A program made the translations under genes and the position numbers. DNA of 64,000 bases, taken from assembly GCA_963786955.1 (NCBI GenBank), contig CAWBAT010000008.1:480001-544000 (forward strand), in the 5' to 3' direction. Below are positions 46,609-57,400 of this stretch, piece after piece (position 1 is the first letter of the stretch; each line of letters opens with the position of its first letter). This stretch comes from an uncultured Acidimicrobiia bacterium. Lineage in GTDB: Bacteria; Acidobacteriota; Terriglobia; Versatilivoradales; Versatilivoraceae. The notes beneath the pieces are model-generated. The model saw nothing but the letters and a program-made list of their open reading frames with translations. It was not told the origin of the DNA and did no database searches.

Positions 46609-47856
46609 TTAATTTATAATCTGTCGTTGATTTGTCCGCTCTCGTAAGTACCATTCGAGAGCGATGATGGACATTCCCAAGCTAAATAGCGGCATCAACC
46701 AAATACTCGTTTCTATACCGAGACGCTTTCCCAAAAAGCCGACAACGTATGAACCTGTACCCCCGCCAATGTACCCGATTGCGGTCATCATGGAGAAGGC
46801 AGTTACAGCTTGGGCAGAGAAGCGCACGCCTGCGTAGGAACTGAGCGAAGGTGCATCTCCTGAACCGAAGATCCCAGCGACACCAAATGCGATCAGTCCC
46901 CATGAATAGCTTGGGGAAACAATGGCCACGACATAGCCCACCGTTTCCACGGCGGCGCAAGTGGCCAGGACCACGAGCTCAGGGATCCGCCAATGCGACG
47001 TAATCCAACTCAGTAATAACCGCCCTGATAAGAATCCTCCGGTAAGGGCGCTGAGAAAGTAAGCCGCGTGAGCGGCGTCAATTCCCAGCTTCTTCTGATA
47101 CAACTGTCCCACAAAGAAGACCATACCTCCGTTGCTGATTCCATGGAGAACATTAAGTGCGCCTAGGCAATACATCGCAGGGTTTCGTAAGAGATGTTGG
47201 ATCTCTGAAAGGCCTCTGGGCGTGGGGAGTGCCTTCGCACCTTTTCCGGAGTGAGCCCCGACTCGAAGCCCTAACGGCAAGGGAATCATGAATATGATGA
47301 CGATAGCAGTCAGGTAATAAGCTGAGCGCCAGCTCCCCCCGAGGCGTTCCGAATGAATCAACCACCAGCCAATGGCAGCAGGGACGACAACGCCGCCAGC
47401 AGAACCGATCAACCACTGAAGCGAAAAGAGGCTCTGGCGTATCCGGCTATAATCCTCGGTAACGATGGTGCTGATGATCACCACGATGGATAGATTACCC
47501 AGCCCTAAGCAAAATGCTCCTACGAGTATGACTGAAAAGCCCTGGGCGCTGCCAATCACGATGAGCGCTCCTGCAATCAGCGCTAGTGTTGATGCAAGAG
47601 CGCGCCTTTGTCCCAAACGTCCGACGATTTCTCCGCCCACCATGCTAAATAGAAGCGCGCTCATATAATAAAGAAGCGCGATGCGGCCTAACTGTTCCAA
47701 GTTTGAGCTGAAGACGTGCTTGAAAATGGGGAAGGTTGCAGGGATAAATGTGAGAAGTCCTCCTGATGCGAAAGAAAGAGCCAGCACCAGCCCGATCACA
47801 GGATCTTTCCAGAGAGGGCCAGCTTTTAAAGGCAAGGTTGTCTTTCCGGGAATCAT
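46609..47856 (-). CDS. MFS transporter (intact paralog of 16801..18074)
   Basis: About 12 transmembrane segments. Shares WKDPVI, FPIFK.VF.S.LEQLGRI and VGQLYQKKLG with the broken copy. Confidence 0.9.
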   Translation of the reverse strand: MIPGKTTLPLKAGPLWKDPVIGLVLALSFASGGLLTFIPATFPIFKHVFSSNLEQLGRIALLYYMSALLFSMVGGEIVGRLGQRRALASTLALIAGALIVIGSAQGFSVILVGAFCLGLGNLSIVVIISTIVTEDYSRIRQSLFSLQWLIGSAGGVVVPAAIGWWLIHSERLGGSWRSAYYLTAIVIIFMIPLPLGLRVGAHSGKGAKALPTPRGLSEIQHLLRNPAMYCLGALNVLHGISNGGMVFFVGQLYQKKLGIDAAHAAYFLSALTGGFLSGRLLLSWITSHWRIPELVVLATCAAVETVGYVVAIVSPSYSWGLIAFGVAGIFGSGDAPSLSSYAGVRFSAQAVTAFSMMTAIGYIGGGTGSYVVGFLGKRLGIETSIWLMPLFSLGMSIIALEWYLRERTNQRQIIN

Positions 47857-47899
47857 CGATTCACATCCGCGCTGTGTGCGACACTGTGGGCATTAGGCA

Positions 47900-48868
47900 T
47901 TACTTGAATGAGATCGGTTCAGTCCCGGCCGCCCGTGCAAATAAATGCTGTTTCTCCTCTTCGCTTAAGGGTCCGAATCGCTGTGCCACGTCCATGGCGA
48001 GACGGAAATAGCGCTCCTCGCCAGGAGGCACCGCGGCCGTGATCGGTTGTGACAAGGTCCAACGCAACGCCAGGGAAGCTTCTTCCGGAAAAACGCACGG
48101 CTCATACCAACAATTGGGATAGGGGCGCGCTTCCAGTTTCAGGGATTCAGGCCACTTGGTCATGGCCATTGCTTTTAGCGCGAGAATTCCCACCCCTTTT
48201 TCCTGTGCTCGGGCGAGCACCTGAGGCCCGAAGTTGGCCTGCGAGAAAAGAACAAAGTTGATAGGAAATAGAATACTGTCAAAGTCGAACCGGTCTAACG
48301 CAGCAAGCGCTGTTTCAACTGAATGCGCGGAAAAACCGATGAACCGGATTTTCCCCGCACGACGCGCTGCACTGAAGGTCTCCATCGCTCCACTCGGACC
48401 CAAAACCTTTTCGAGTTCATCTAGTTTGGTCAGTGCGTGAAATTGATAAAGATCCAGATGGTCGGTGCGGAGGAGGCGGAGAGACTCCTCAAGATGCGCA
48501 GCCGAGCCTTCTTTGTCCCGTTTATCCGTTTTACACGCAAGAAAGACGCGCTGCCTATAGGGCTCGAGTGCGGGTCCCAGACGTTCCTGAGCGTTGCCGT
48601 AGGTGGGAGCGACGTCGAAGTAGTTGATGCCTCGATCGTATGCTTCGGCGACGAGATCGTTGGCAAAAGACTGTTCGACACCCCTCACGGCGACTCCTGC
48701 GAAGCCGATGATGGAAAGCTCCTCTCCGGTCTTGCCGAGCGGACGCCTGGAAAGCGGAGCCAGTCCAATAGTCGCGCCCAGGGTATTGGGTTGCGGCTCG
48801 ACAGCCTTGTTCGAACCCAAAGGGGCAGTGACCGCTGCTTTTTTCATGAATGGATCTCGATGCTTCAT
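47900..48868 (-). CDS. Aldo/keto reductase (paralog of 39638..40609, degenerate Tat leader)
   Basis: Shares AEAYDRGINYFDVAPTYGNAQERLGPAL with the paralog. N-terminus HRDPFMKK lacks RR. Confidence 0.92.
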   Translation of the reverse strand: MKHRDPFMKKAAVTAPLGSNKAVEPQPNTLGATIGLAPLSRRPLGKTGEELSIIGFAGVAVRGVEQSFANDLVAEAYDRGINYFDVAPTYGNAQERLGPALEPYRQRVFLACKTDKRDKEGSAAHLEESLRLLRTDHLDLYQFHALTKLDELEKVLGPSGAMETFSAARRAGKIRFIGFSAHSVETALAALDRFDFDSILFPINFVLFSQANFGPQVLARAQEKGVGILALKAMAMTKWPESLKLEARPYPNCWYEPCVFPEEASLALRWTLSQPITAAVPPGEERYFRLAMDVAQRFGPLSEEEKQHLFARAAGTEPISFK

Positions 48869-49042
48869 CTTTCTCCTCCGGTTAAGGTTCTTTTCATGTC
48901 AATAACTTTTAGGCTTGAGGCAGCTCTAGCGTTCTTTCTCTCTGCACTTTGCAAAAAATCACCTTGGAGAAGGGGACATCAGCCGGGACAGCATTTCTTG
49001 CTAGCAATGGACGCCGACAGAAATGAGCGCGGCCGACTTCAT

Positions 49043-49864
49043 TCAGTAAACCTGTTTGAGCACCGATTCGTCCCGCCACTGTTTGAAGTGCTTCCTCAAC
49101 TCGAAAGCTTTTTGAGATAGACAGCTACAATTTTGCGCGAGCACTTCGAAGATGCGATTCGCAATGACTCGATGGCCGAGATTGTTGGCGTGCACCCCAT
49201 CAGAATCGATCATCCAGGTCGCCATGCCCTCCGCTGCAAATACGTCGGCATACAATGCGTCGCATTCTTCCGCGAGCTGCTTCAAGCCACAGTTATAGCC
49301 CATAAATGTGGCGATGTTGGCATTGTTGAGGTTGTACGCCTCATATAAATCAAAGCCTGTCATGAAGTAGGCGTTTACGATCACGATCAGGGCTCCAGTT
49401 TGATCTTTGATGTCCAAGATGATATGTCGAAGGTCTTCAAGGAACTGCGCCAGCGGAGTTCCTCCCCGCGCATCGTTGAGACCGAAGGAAACCAGGACCA
49501 AGTCAGGGTGGTGATCGATAACGTGTCTCTTGTACCGTTCCATCGCGCTGGGCTTGCCTGATTGATCGTACTGCGGACTTCGTGGGGAGACGCAATTTGC
49601 TCCGATCCCGCTATTGATCATCGTGACCGGCTCCAATTGTGACTCGTCAATCAAATTCGCCAGGCGGCTTACCCATGTCAATTCCCGGCTGGTCGCCGTG
49701 CCTCCAGCCGTGGTGCTTTCCCCCAACGCGACCGAGACGCAAAACGGCTTGCTATAGTAGTCTCGCTTCCGAGGTTGCGCCGATGGATCATTCGATTTGG
49801 CGGTCGGAGGGGAACTGAGCTCTGCGCCTCGGCGCGGATGCTTTGTCGGTGTAGTCTTTTTCAT
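49043..49864 (-). CDS. SGNH/GDSL hydrolase (esterase/deacetylase)
   Basis: GESTT (Ser), NSGIG, GLND and DGVH motifs. RBS gagga before ATG 49864. Confidence 0.88.
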   Translation of the reverse strand: MKKTTPTKHPRRGAELSSPPTAKSNDPSAQPRKRDYYSKPFCVSVALGESTTAGGTATSRELTWVSRLANLIDESQLEPVTMINSGIGANCVSPRSPQYDQSGKPSAMERYKRHVIDHHPDLVLVSFGLNDARGGTPLAQFLEDLRHIILDIKDQTGALIVIVNAYFMTGFDLYEAYNLNNANIATFMGYNCGLKQLAEECDALYADVFAAEGMATWMIDSDGVHANNLGHRVIANRIFEVLAQNCSCLSQKAFELRKHFKQWRDESVLKQVY

Positions 49865-50117
49865 AGGGTTGTTGCGGTATTCCTCAATGGGGTGAACATC
49901 CTGATGTATTGGAGACGAGCGAGTTGAAATATCTTTGAGTCGATTGCAATTGTCCGGCAAGAAGAAGTATTAAGCAGCCGCCGCGCGAAAGACCACCTCC
50001 GTAATCGGGTGGCGCACATAACGCTTTTGGGGATGTCTGCGTTCTGGTTCGCACACATGGAAGACAGCGCCACGTGTGCGCCACCCAGGAGGTCTCATAA
50101 GACTTAACACTGTAATA

Positions 50118-51203
50118 CTAGTAGCGCTCGGCGTCGTTCTTCGGTGCCCTGGGATTTACAGGGAAGCTCTCGGAGTTGATCCTTGTCCCGCCGTAGCCGA
50201 ACACCCCGATGTTGGCGAGGGCCTCGGCCGGCCAATTGAGTGTTGGCCGCGAAGCCTCGTCAAGCGCCGCGAGGTGTTCCGGCCGCAGTTGCAGGTCGAG
50301 TGCCCCTATGTTTTCCTCGAGCTGTGACACCGTGGTTGCTCCCATGATCACTGAACGGACGCCGGGTCGCGAGCGCACCCAGGCATGCGCAACTTGGGGT
50401 ACCGTGGCGCCGAGTTGGCCCGCCACATCAATGAGGATGTCAATCACGCCCAAGGCCTGCTCGTTGAGAGCTTTCCCGAGCGATGCGCCGCGACGAGGCT
50501 GGGCCTGGGCAGCGTTTGCGCGCGTGAACTTGCCGCTCAAGAGTCCAGCTTTCAGTGGCGCGAATGGGGTGACGCCCAAACCGAGTTCACGCGCCATCGG
50601 AATCAACTCGCCCTCGACGGTGCGCTCCAGCAGCGAGTACTCGATCTGCAGCGCAATGAGCGGCGTCCATCCTCGAAGACAAGCCGTTACATGCGCCTCG
50701 GCGACCTTCCATGCAGGTGTGTCGGAAAAACCAAGGTAACGAACCTTGCCTGCAGTGACGAGGTCGTCGAGCGTGCGCATCGTCTCTTCGACGGGCGTAA
50801 ACTTGTCCCAGCAGTGCAGCCAGTACAGATCGATATAGTCAGTCTGGAGACGCCGGAGCGAGTGCTCACAGGCGGCCATAATGGCCTTGCGACTGGCGCC
50901 GCCGTCGTTGGGATCACCTTGATACAGGTTGGCAAAGAACTTCGTGGCGATGACGACGCGGTCGCGGCGGGCCGGGTGACGGCCAATGTGATCGCCGATG
51001 ATATTCTCCGAGTGGCCGCGTGTGTACACGTTTGAGGTGTCGATGAAGTTGCCACCGTGCTCGAGGAATCGATCGAGGATCTGCTGCGAGGTCTCTACGT
51101 TCGAGCCAACCCCCCACTCTTCACCAAAAGTCATGCCGCCAAGGCAGAAAGGACTCACACGGAGCCCGGAACGACCGAGTGTGACAAAATCATTGAGGGG
51201 CAT
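50118..51203 (-). CDS. Aldo/keto reductase (aryl-alcohol dehydrogenase/Tas-like)
   Basis: LGRSGLRVS, IDTSNVY, IATKF, LQTDYIDLYWLH and QIEYSLLER motifs. Confidence 0.93.
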   Translation of the reverse strand: MPLNDFVTLGRSGLRVSPFCLGGMTFGEEWGVGSNVETSQQILDRFLEHGGNFIDTSNVYTRGHSENIIGDHIGRHPARRDRVVIATKFFANLYQGDPNDGGASRKAIMAACEHSLRRLQTDYIDLYWLHCWDKFTPVEETMRTLDDLVTAGKVRYLGFSDTPAWKVAEAHVTACLRGWTPLIALQIEYSLLERTVEGELIPMARELGLGVTPFAPLKAGLLSGKFTRANAAQAQPRRGASLGKALNEQALGVIDILIDVAGQLGATVPQVAHAWVRSRPGVRSVIMGATTVSQLEENIGALDLQLRPEHLAALDEASRPTLNWPAEALANIGVFGYGGTRINSESFPVNPRAPKNDAERY

Positions 51204-51308
51204 CTTGATCTCCTTTGCAATTTCTCAGCAGGGATTTCCTTTTTGTCGTTCCGGGGTGCTGGCAGTGTACGCTTTATCAAAAGGCGCGTCACCTGAGGGG
51301 AGGTAGTC

Positions 51309-52139
51309 TTAGTTCGTCAGAGTCAGCTTTTTGTGAAATTCTTTCTGCAATTCCGTTTCACGCTGCCGCCAAGGCTTCATCGTCTTCCGCAGCTCGAAGG
51401 CCCTCTGTGAGAGACAACTGCAATTTTGTGCCAGGACACCGAAAATCCGATCCGCGATAACGCGATGACCAAGGTTGTTCGGGTGCACGCCATTTTCAGG
51501 ATCGATCATCCAATGTGCCATGCCCTGACTGGCAAACACATCGGCGTACAACACGTCACATTCTTCGGCCATTCTCCTGAGGGCACAGTTGAACCCCATG
51601 AAAGTAGCCAGGTTCGCGCGGTCATAAGGGGGCCATCGATCGTAAGCGGTCATAAAGTATGCGTCTACTACGACTATAAGCGCACCGGTCTGTTCCTTAA
51701 TATCCAGAACAATTTGCTGTTCGTCGGCTAGAAACTGGGCCAATGGCATCCCGCCTCGGGCATCATTGAGGCCATAGGAAATCAAAGCCAGGTCCGGGCG
51801 ATAGGCGATGACATGTTCATAGTAACGTTCTATCGCGCTAGGTCCTCGGGAAGGGTTATATGCCGGGCTTCTCTGCGAAATGACATTGGCACCCATCCCG
51901 TTGTTGACCATCTTTACCGGTTCCGATTGTGACTCGTTAATCGCGTCAGCCAGGCGACTGACCCAACACAGATCCGGGCTCGTTGCATCCCCTCCAGCCG
52001 TGATGGCGTCTCCCACCGCTACCGCTACACGGAACGGCTGACTGCGATAGTCTTGTTTTTGAGGATGCACGAATGGTTTTGTGGGTCTGGGTATCGACGA
52101 AGAACCGCTCTGTGTCCTTTTGGGTTTCTCTCTCACCAA
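51309..52139 (-). CDS. SGNH-fold protein, paralog of 49043..49864, lacking catalytic Ser and Asp
   Basis: GDAIT in block I, GLND, and ENGVHPN in block V. Start is TTG 52139 or GTG 52136. Confidence 0.85.
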   Translation of the reverse strand: MVREKPKRTQSGSSSIPRPTKPFVHPQKQDYRSQPFRVAVAVGDAITAGGDATSPDLCWVSRLADAINESQSEPVKMVNNGMGANVISQRSPAYNPSRGPSAIERYYEHVIAYRPDLALISYGLNDARGGMPLAQFLADEQQIVLDIKEQTGALIVVVDAYFMTAYDRWPPYDRANLATFMGFNCALRRMAEECDVLYADVFASQGMAHWMIDPENGVHPNNLGHRVIADRIFGVLAQNCSCLSQRAFELRKTMKPWRQRETELQKEFHKKLTLTN

Positions 52140-52165
52140 TGCTCCATAGGCGATGGCACCGCTTT

Positions 52166-52942
52166 CTATTTTGCTGTTATGGTGCGGAACTCACGAACGA
52201 CACTCTGGGCCCCTTGACTGATCAGATCCAATTCGCTGACCGTTTCAAAAAAGGTGACACCCTTACTAAACCAGGCTCTCGCCGCGTCTGAGTTCGGAAC
52301 ATACATGCCGACAACCTTCTTGTACTTGCGGGCGGAAGTGATGACACGCTCCACGCCAGCGACTAGGTTCGGATTCTGAAAATTGCCCGCTTGCCCGAAA
52401 CTAACCGACAAGTCATACATCCCCAGGAAAACGATGTCCACATGCGGGTTCGAGAGAATCGTATCGGCATTTTCCACTCCACGACGAGTCTCGATGTGGG
52501 CCAAAATTATCGTCTCACGATTAGCCTCTTCGATAAACTCTGGCCCGTCCACATGGGGGTCGTAATCGCAATTGCCGAAGCATGGAGCTGCAGCCCGAAT
52601 TCCAATCGGCGGGAACTTCACGTAGGAGACAAGCCGCTCAATTTGCTCCTGGGTTTCCGTCCAGGGTAACTGGATTCCGGTTACACCACAATCCAGTAGT
52701 TTCGCGACGTGAGTCCGGGTGCACTCCGGAACCTTCGCAACAACTGGAAGTCCTTCGGACCGACACGACAGAACAAAGCTGGCGAGTTCCGCTTCGTTGA
52801 AGAAGCCATGTTCGTATTCTATATATACAAAGTCGCAGCCGCTGTACTTCCAAAGTTTTGCCAGCCATGGATGTGTCACGTGCTGGGTGGTCAGACCAAC
52901 AATGAGTTGTGACTGATGAAGCATGCTTTTCAGGGATTTCAT
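52166..52942 (-). CDS. HpcH/HpaI family class II pyruvate aldolase
   Basis: EHG, LLD.G, PP.G.R, IET and G..DLS motifs. Confidence 0.88.
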   Translation of the reverse strand: MKSLKSMLHQSQLIVGLTTQHVTHPWLAKLWKYSGCDFVYIEYEHGFFNEAELASFVLSCRSEGLPVVAKVPECTRTHVAKLLDCGVTGIQLPWTETQEQIERLVSYVKFPPIGIRAAAPCFGNCDYDPHVDGPEFIEEANRETIILAHIETRRGVENADTILSNPHVDIVFLGMYDLSVSFGQAGNFQNPNLVAGVERVITSARKYKKVVGMYVPNSDAARAWFSKGVTFFETVSELDLISQGAQSVVREFRTITAK

Positions 52943-53060
52943 GATCGGGAGAGCCTCCTAACTATAATCAATCCACAAGTACGTAAATCTGTTTGATTCC
53001 CTATCAAGCTGCTAGTCGGGCTCCCAAATCCCCCCGTTTGGTTATCACGACGCGCAATCT

Positions 53061-54020
53061 TCAGCTCTTTTTGATCGTCAGCAGCCTTTTCGGATTTTCG
53101 ACCATCATCTTTTTGATCGAGATTTCTGGAACTCCAGCCTGGCGGAGCATTGGCAGGAATGTCCCAAGCACAAAAGAAAATCCATTCCCACCCAGATAAT
53201 GGAGATGCTGAGTTTTGCAAACATCCTGTGAAAGTAATATTTGGTCAGCGTAGCCGCGATTCAGGAGTTCAAGAAGAATTCGGAGCGCGCGGTCATCAAG
53301 CTGAGGGGTCTTGTTCCCGAGAGTATCGAACTGGACATTTGCGCCACGTTTGAGGATTTCGAGATGATAGTCGAGAAAAAGGTTAAAAGGGTGGTCACAA
53401 TGACCAATGATAACGCGCCGGGGGTCGACTCCTTCGTCTTCGAAAATAGCCAATTCTGTTAAACCCACCGGCTTTCCGATCGAGTGGGTCGTCAGTGCCA
53501 GGCCCGTTACTAGATGGGCTCTCGCAGCCGCGCGGTGCACCCGCTCTTCCTGTGCTGAAACCCAAGACTTGTCTGTCCCGATCTCGCCGATGATTCCTGG
53601 TCTGATGCCGGTACTCCCCACCCCCTCGTTGATTTCCAGAATGATTTCATTGGCCAAGTTGTCAACGGTACGACGGTCGATGAGATCTTCGGCCGGATAG
53701 TAGGGCTCGCGGTACCAACCGCATCCCATCACAATATTGATGCCGGTCTGCTGGGACATCCGCCGGAGCCTTTCAGGGCTGCGACCAATCCCTCGAACGG
53801 TACAATCAACGATGCTCTGGCCGCCCAGTTTCTTAAACGCGAGTATCTCTTCCCGTAAGACCTCCTCGTCTTCCAATTGCCCGGCGTAATCGTTACGCCC
53901 GGAGATCTCCCATATTTGGATGTAAATATGTTCATGGGCTAGCGTGATTCCAAGCTGGTCAGGCTGGATAGGGCCTTCTACCGTTTGGATGACATTCTCG
54001 TGAGTAGGAGTAGATGACAT
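53061..54020 (-). CDS. Phosphotriesterase-homology (PHP-type) amidohydrolase / lactonase
   Basis: GITLAHEH, GIGRSP, IIGEIG (bridging Glu), TTH, IGHCD and LSQD motifs. Confidence 0.92.
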   Translation of the reverse strand: MSSTPTHENVIQTVEGPIQPDQLGITLAHEHIYIQIWEISGRNDYAGQLEDEEVLREEILAFKKLGGQSIVDCTVRGIGRSPERLRRMSQQTGINIVMGCGWYREPYYPAEDLIDRRTVDNLANEIILEINEGVGSTGIRPGIIGEIGTDKSWVSAQEERVHRAAARAHLVTGLALTTHSIGKPVGLTELAIFEDEGVDPRRVIIGHCDHPFNLFLDYHLEILKRGANVQFDTLGNKTPQLDDRALRILLELLNRGYADQILLSQDVCKTQHLHYLGGNGFSFVLGTFLPMLRQAGVPEISIKKMMVENPKRLLTIKKS

Positions 54021-54229
54021 TGGATACCTGTTGGCCTCTCCAGCTATACAGATTGCGCTTGTTCCACCGCTGAGGGACTAATCTTCAGCACGATTCACCG
54101 CTAACCCACCAGCTTTGGGGTTTCACCTCAGCTCAATTGAATTAAATGCTTTTGTCGATCGATCCGATTAAATCCGATTTGGAGTGAAACATTGTGCCGA
54201 TGTTCTTTTGCCTGTTCAATGAGTCCATT

Positions 54230-54247
54230 TAGTTTATACATGAAGTA
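54230..54247. promoter_or_regulatory. Palindromic operator candidate tagTTTAtacaTGAAgta
   Basis: Core 54233..54244, centred 66.5 bp upstream of TTGACA at 54305, in a divergent intergenic region. Confidence 0.62.
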
Positions 54248-54304
54248 TCTTAAGAGTAAAAGCCTAAATATTGTCGATTTTATTGCTTGTTTTAAAAAAA
54301 AAGC

Positions 54305-54334
54305 TTGACAGGGTAAATAATCCTATCCTAGAGT
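54305..54334 (+). promoter_or_regulatory. Sigma70-type promoter TTGACA-N18-TAGAGT with A-tract UP element
   Basis: Perfect -35 box preceded by ttttaaaaaaaa. Confidence 0.6.
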
Positions 54335-54477
54335 CACTTTAGTTAACTTTTAAAACTATATAACTGACCTAGTGACGCCCAGTGGGTGCATTGCAACATA
54401 ACTAGGAAAAATGGCGCTGGAAGCAAGGTTGGTTCACTCACGCAAAACAAACTAAGCGGGAAGAGGAGGAACATTCA

Positions 54478-57400
54478 ATGAAACCTAAGACTCTATGCTT
54501 AAGAGCGTTCATCGGGTACTTGCTTTGCTATATGTCGCTGGCCGGGAATCTGCATTCGCAAGGATTAACTGCAACCCTCACGGGTCGAATTCTCGACCAG
54601 TCGGGCGGTTCAATCGCAGGAACTCGTATTGTGGCTACCCATGCGGATACTGGCTACACAAAAGAAGTCACGACAAGCGAAAGCGGCTCCTACAGTCTGA
54701 CTGCCTTACCCGTTGGAGTTTACTCAATTGAGGCAAGTATGAAGGGCTTCAAGACATTGAAGAAGACTCCTGTCACTCTGAACGCCAATCAACAGCTTGC
54801 TCTGGATTTTACGCTTTCTCCGGGCAGTGTTGAACAATCTATCGAGGTCAATTCCGATGTGCAGTATATCCAGACTCAAGATGCGACAGTCAACGCGAAG
54901 GTCTACATTGATCAGGCTCAAAACCTGCCTTTGAACAGCCGGAGCCCATTTGAACTGGCCCTCTTGAGCCCCTCGATTTCGGTTTCCAAGCAGCAGAGCG
55001 GCCCCGCCATGCAATTCAATATTAATGGCTCGAATGCAAACGGCTATAAGCTCAGTTTTGATGGGATGGAGGCCGGTATCGGTGGCGATGCGCAGTACTG
55101 GGCCGGTAACAACTTTAATTTGTCCATCACAAGCCTGGATGCCATCCAAGAGTACGACATTGCAACCAGTAACTACTCGGCGGATATCAAGGGCTCGAGC
55201 GGCTATGTGAATATTGTTTCAAAGACCGGGACAAACCAAATCCATGGCAGCTTCTATGACTTTTATCGCAACGGTGCGCTTGATGCACGCAACTTTTTTG
55301 AGGCAAAAGCAGGGAGCTTAAAACTCAATGATTTTGGCGGAACCATAGGGGGCCCCATCAAGAAAGACAAAATCTTCTACATGGTCAGCTACGAAGGCCA
55401 GCGAATCCATGTTCCATTCGCTGGATTTTCGCGGGTTCCGACTGCAGCTTTTCGGGCCATCGTCGATCCGCGCATGCAACCCTTCCTCAACCTGACTCCC
55501 CTTCCCACCGAGGCCATCCCTGGAGACCCTGTCATTGGGATTTGGAGAGGTAACCCTTTATCCATCGCTTCGCAAAACCTCGTGACCGGTCGAATGGATT
55601 TCATTTTCGGGCAGAAAGATCGGCTTTTTGTGCAGTACACCTTCAATGATGGAGATCTCTCAGGTGCGACTTTAGATCCACGCGTTTCTCAACAGAACGT
55701 TCAAACCATCTACCCAGGCTATGCCACTCTTCAGCCAGAAAGGCACCAGAGCGCTACATTAGGCTGGACTCGCACCTTTTCGCCTACATTCGTGAATGAC
55801 CTCAGGGTTGGAGTCAATCGGTTTCTGCAAGGACGAGTTAGGGGGCCAACCGACCCGGCCTATTTTGACGTACCCGTCATTTCCGTCCCCGGGCTGGTCA
55901 TCGGAGGGGGTGGAAATAAAAAGAAGCTTGGCAATACCCAGCCCCAGTTGTCTGACAAGGCTACTTGGGTCAAAGGGAGAAGCACGTTTTCGTTTGGAGG
56001 GAATTACGCTTTCCTAATGAGTGGGCAGAACTCATTCTCCGTAATGTCAATGGCATTTGTTAACGCTGCCGGTTTCGCTGCTGATAAGCCTAGCAGTGTT
56101 AGCAGTACGTATGGGACAAGCCTTACGCAACTGGGAGAACACCTTAGTTACAACCAAGTGGGGCTCTTCGTCCAGGAAGACTTCCGGTGGAAGCCCAACC
56201 TAACAGTGAACATTGGTCTTCGTTACGACAACTTTGGGGTGTTTAGCGACTCGACATGCAATGCGAAGAACGTGATCAGTACGCCTTTCGATCCATTTCG
56301 TCCGCCTTGTGATCAACTGTATGACGGGAACAACGACTTTGGACCGCGGTTTGGATTTGCTTGGACACCACTCTCTGGGAAACCGTTTGTCTTGCGGGGC
56401 GGATTTGGCATATTTTACGGGACACACGTAAGCGGCCAAATGGGCGACGTCCTCGGCATCAATAATTCCCTGCCGTTCTCGGCGACGGCAACCGATTTCC
56501 CAAATCTATCCTATCCGTTTTCTCCAGGGCTCTTTGCTAACGTCACGGCCAAACCGGGCCGGTTTGTTCTCAATCCCACCACACCGGATCTTTATTCGGA
56601 GCAATGGAACCTCACGGCCGAATACCAGTTCACTAATTCCATGATTTTCAGCTTGGCTTATGTGGGGAATCATGGATTACACGTCCCGGTGACTCAACGC
56701 CCGAACACATACTATCCTATCGTCGGATCGCGTCCGAGTACGAGTTTCGGTGATATCAGAATGGTAGCAAACGAAGGCTACATGTTTTACAACGGGTTGC
56801 AAGCTACTCTGAGACGCCGACTCTCTAATAATCTTGCTTTTGATGTGAACTACGCTTGGTCACATGCGACTGGTTTTACGAGCGGCAATCTGGATATCAG
56901 TGCTGCTGTTTCTTTCAGTGATGACCAAGTGCAGACCGTCCTGAACACAAACCTTTCGCGGGGGACTTTGCCTACCGATGTAACCCATAACTTTTCGGGT
57001 GATTTCATCTACCAACTGCCCAAACTAGCCAATTCAAGCAAGTGGGTCAGAGCTTTTCTCGGCGATTGGACTACGTCTGGGCTCATGAAGATATCGAGCG
57101 GGCTTCCCTTCAATCTTACTACTGGACTAGACGCCGGCGACCAACGTTTCACTCAAAGACCCAATATTGTTCCGGGCGTGTCCTTCACCAAATCTGGTGT
57201 TTCACCAGCCGATGGGATTCTCAACCGGGCGGCATTCACGGTACCCACATATGTTTATCCGACCTATGGACTGAAATTGGGAGACATGGCCAACAATAGT
57301 GTGAGAATGCCTGTCACTTTTTATGCTGATTGGATGGTCCAGAAGCGAGTGTTCACTACGGAAAAGATATGGCTCGACTTTCGTACCGAGTTCTTTAACG

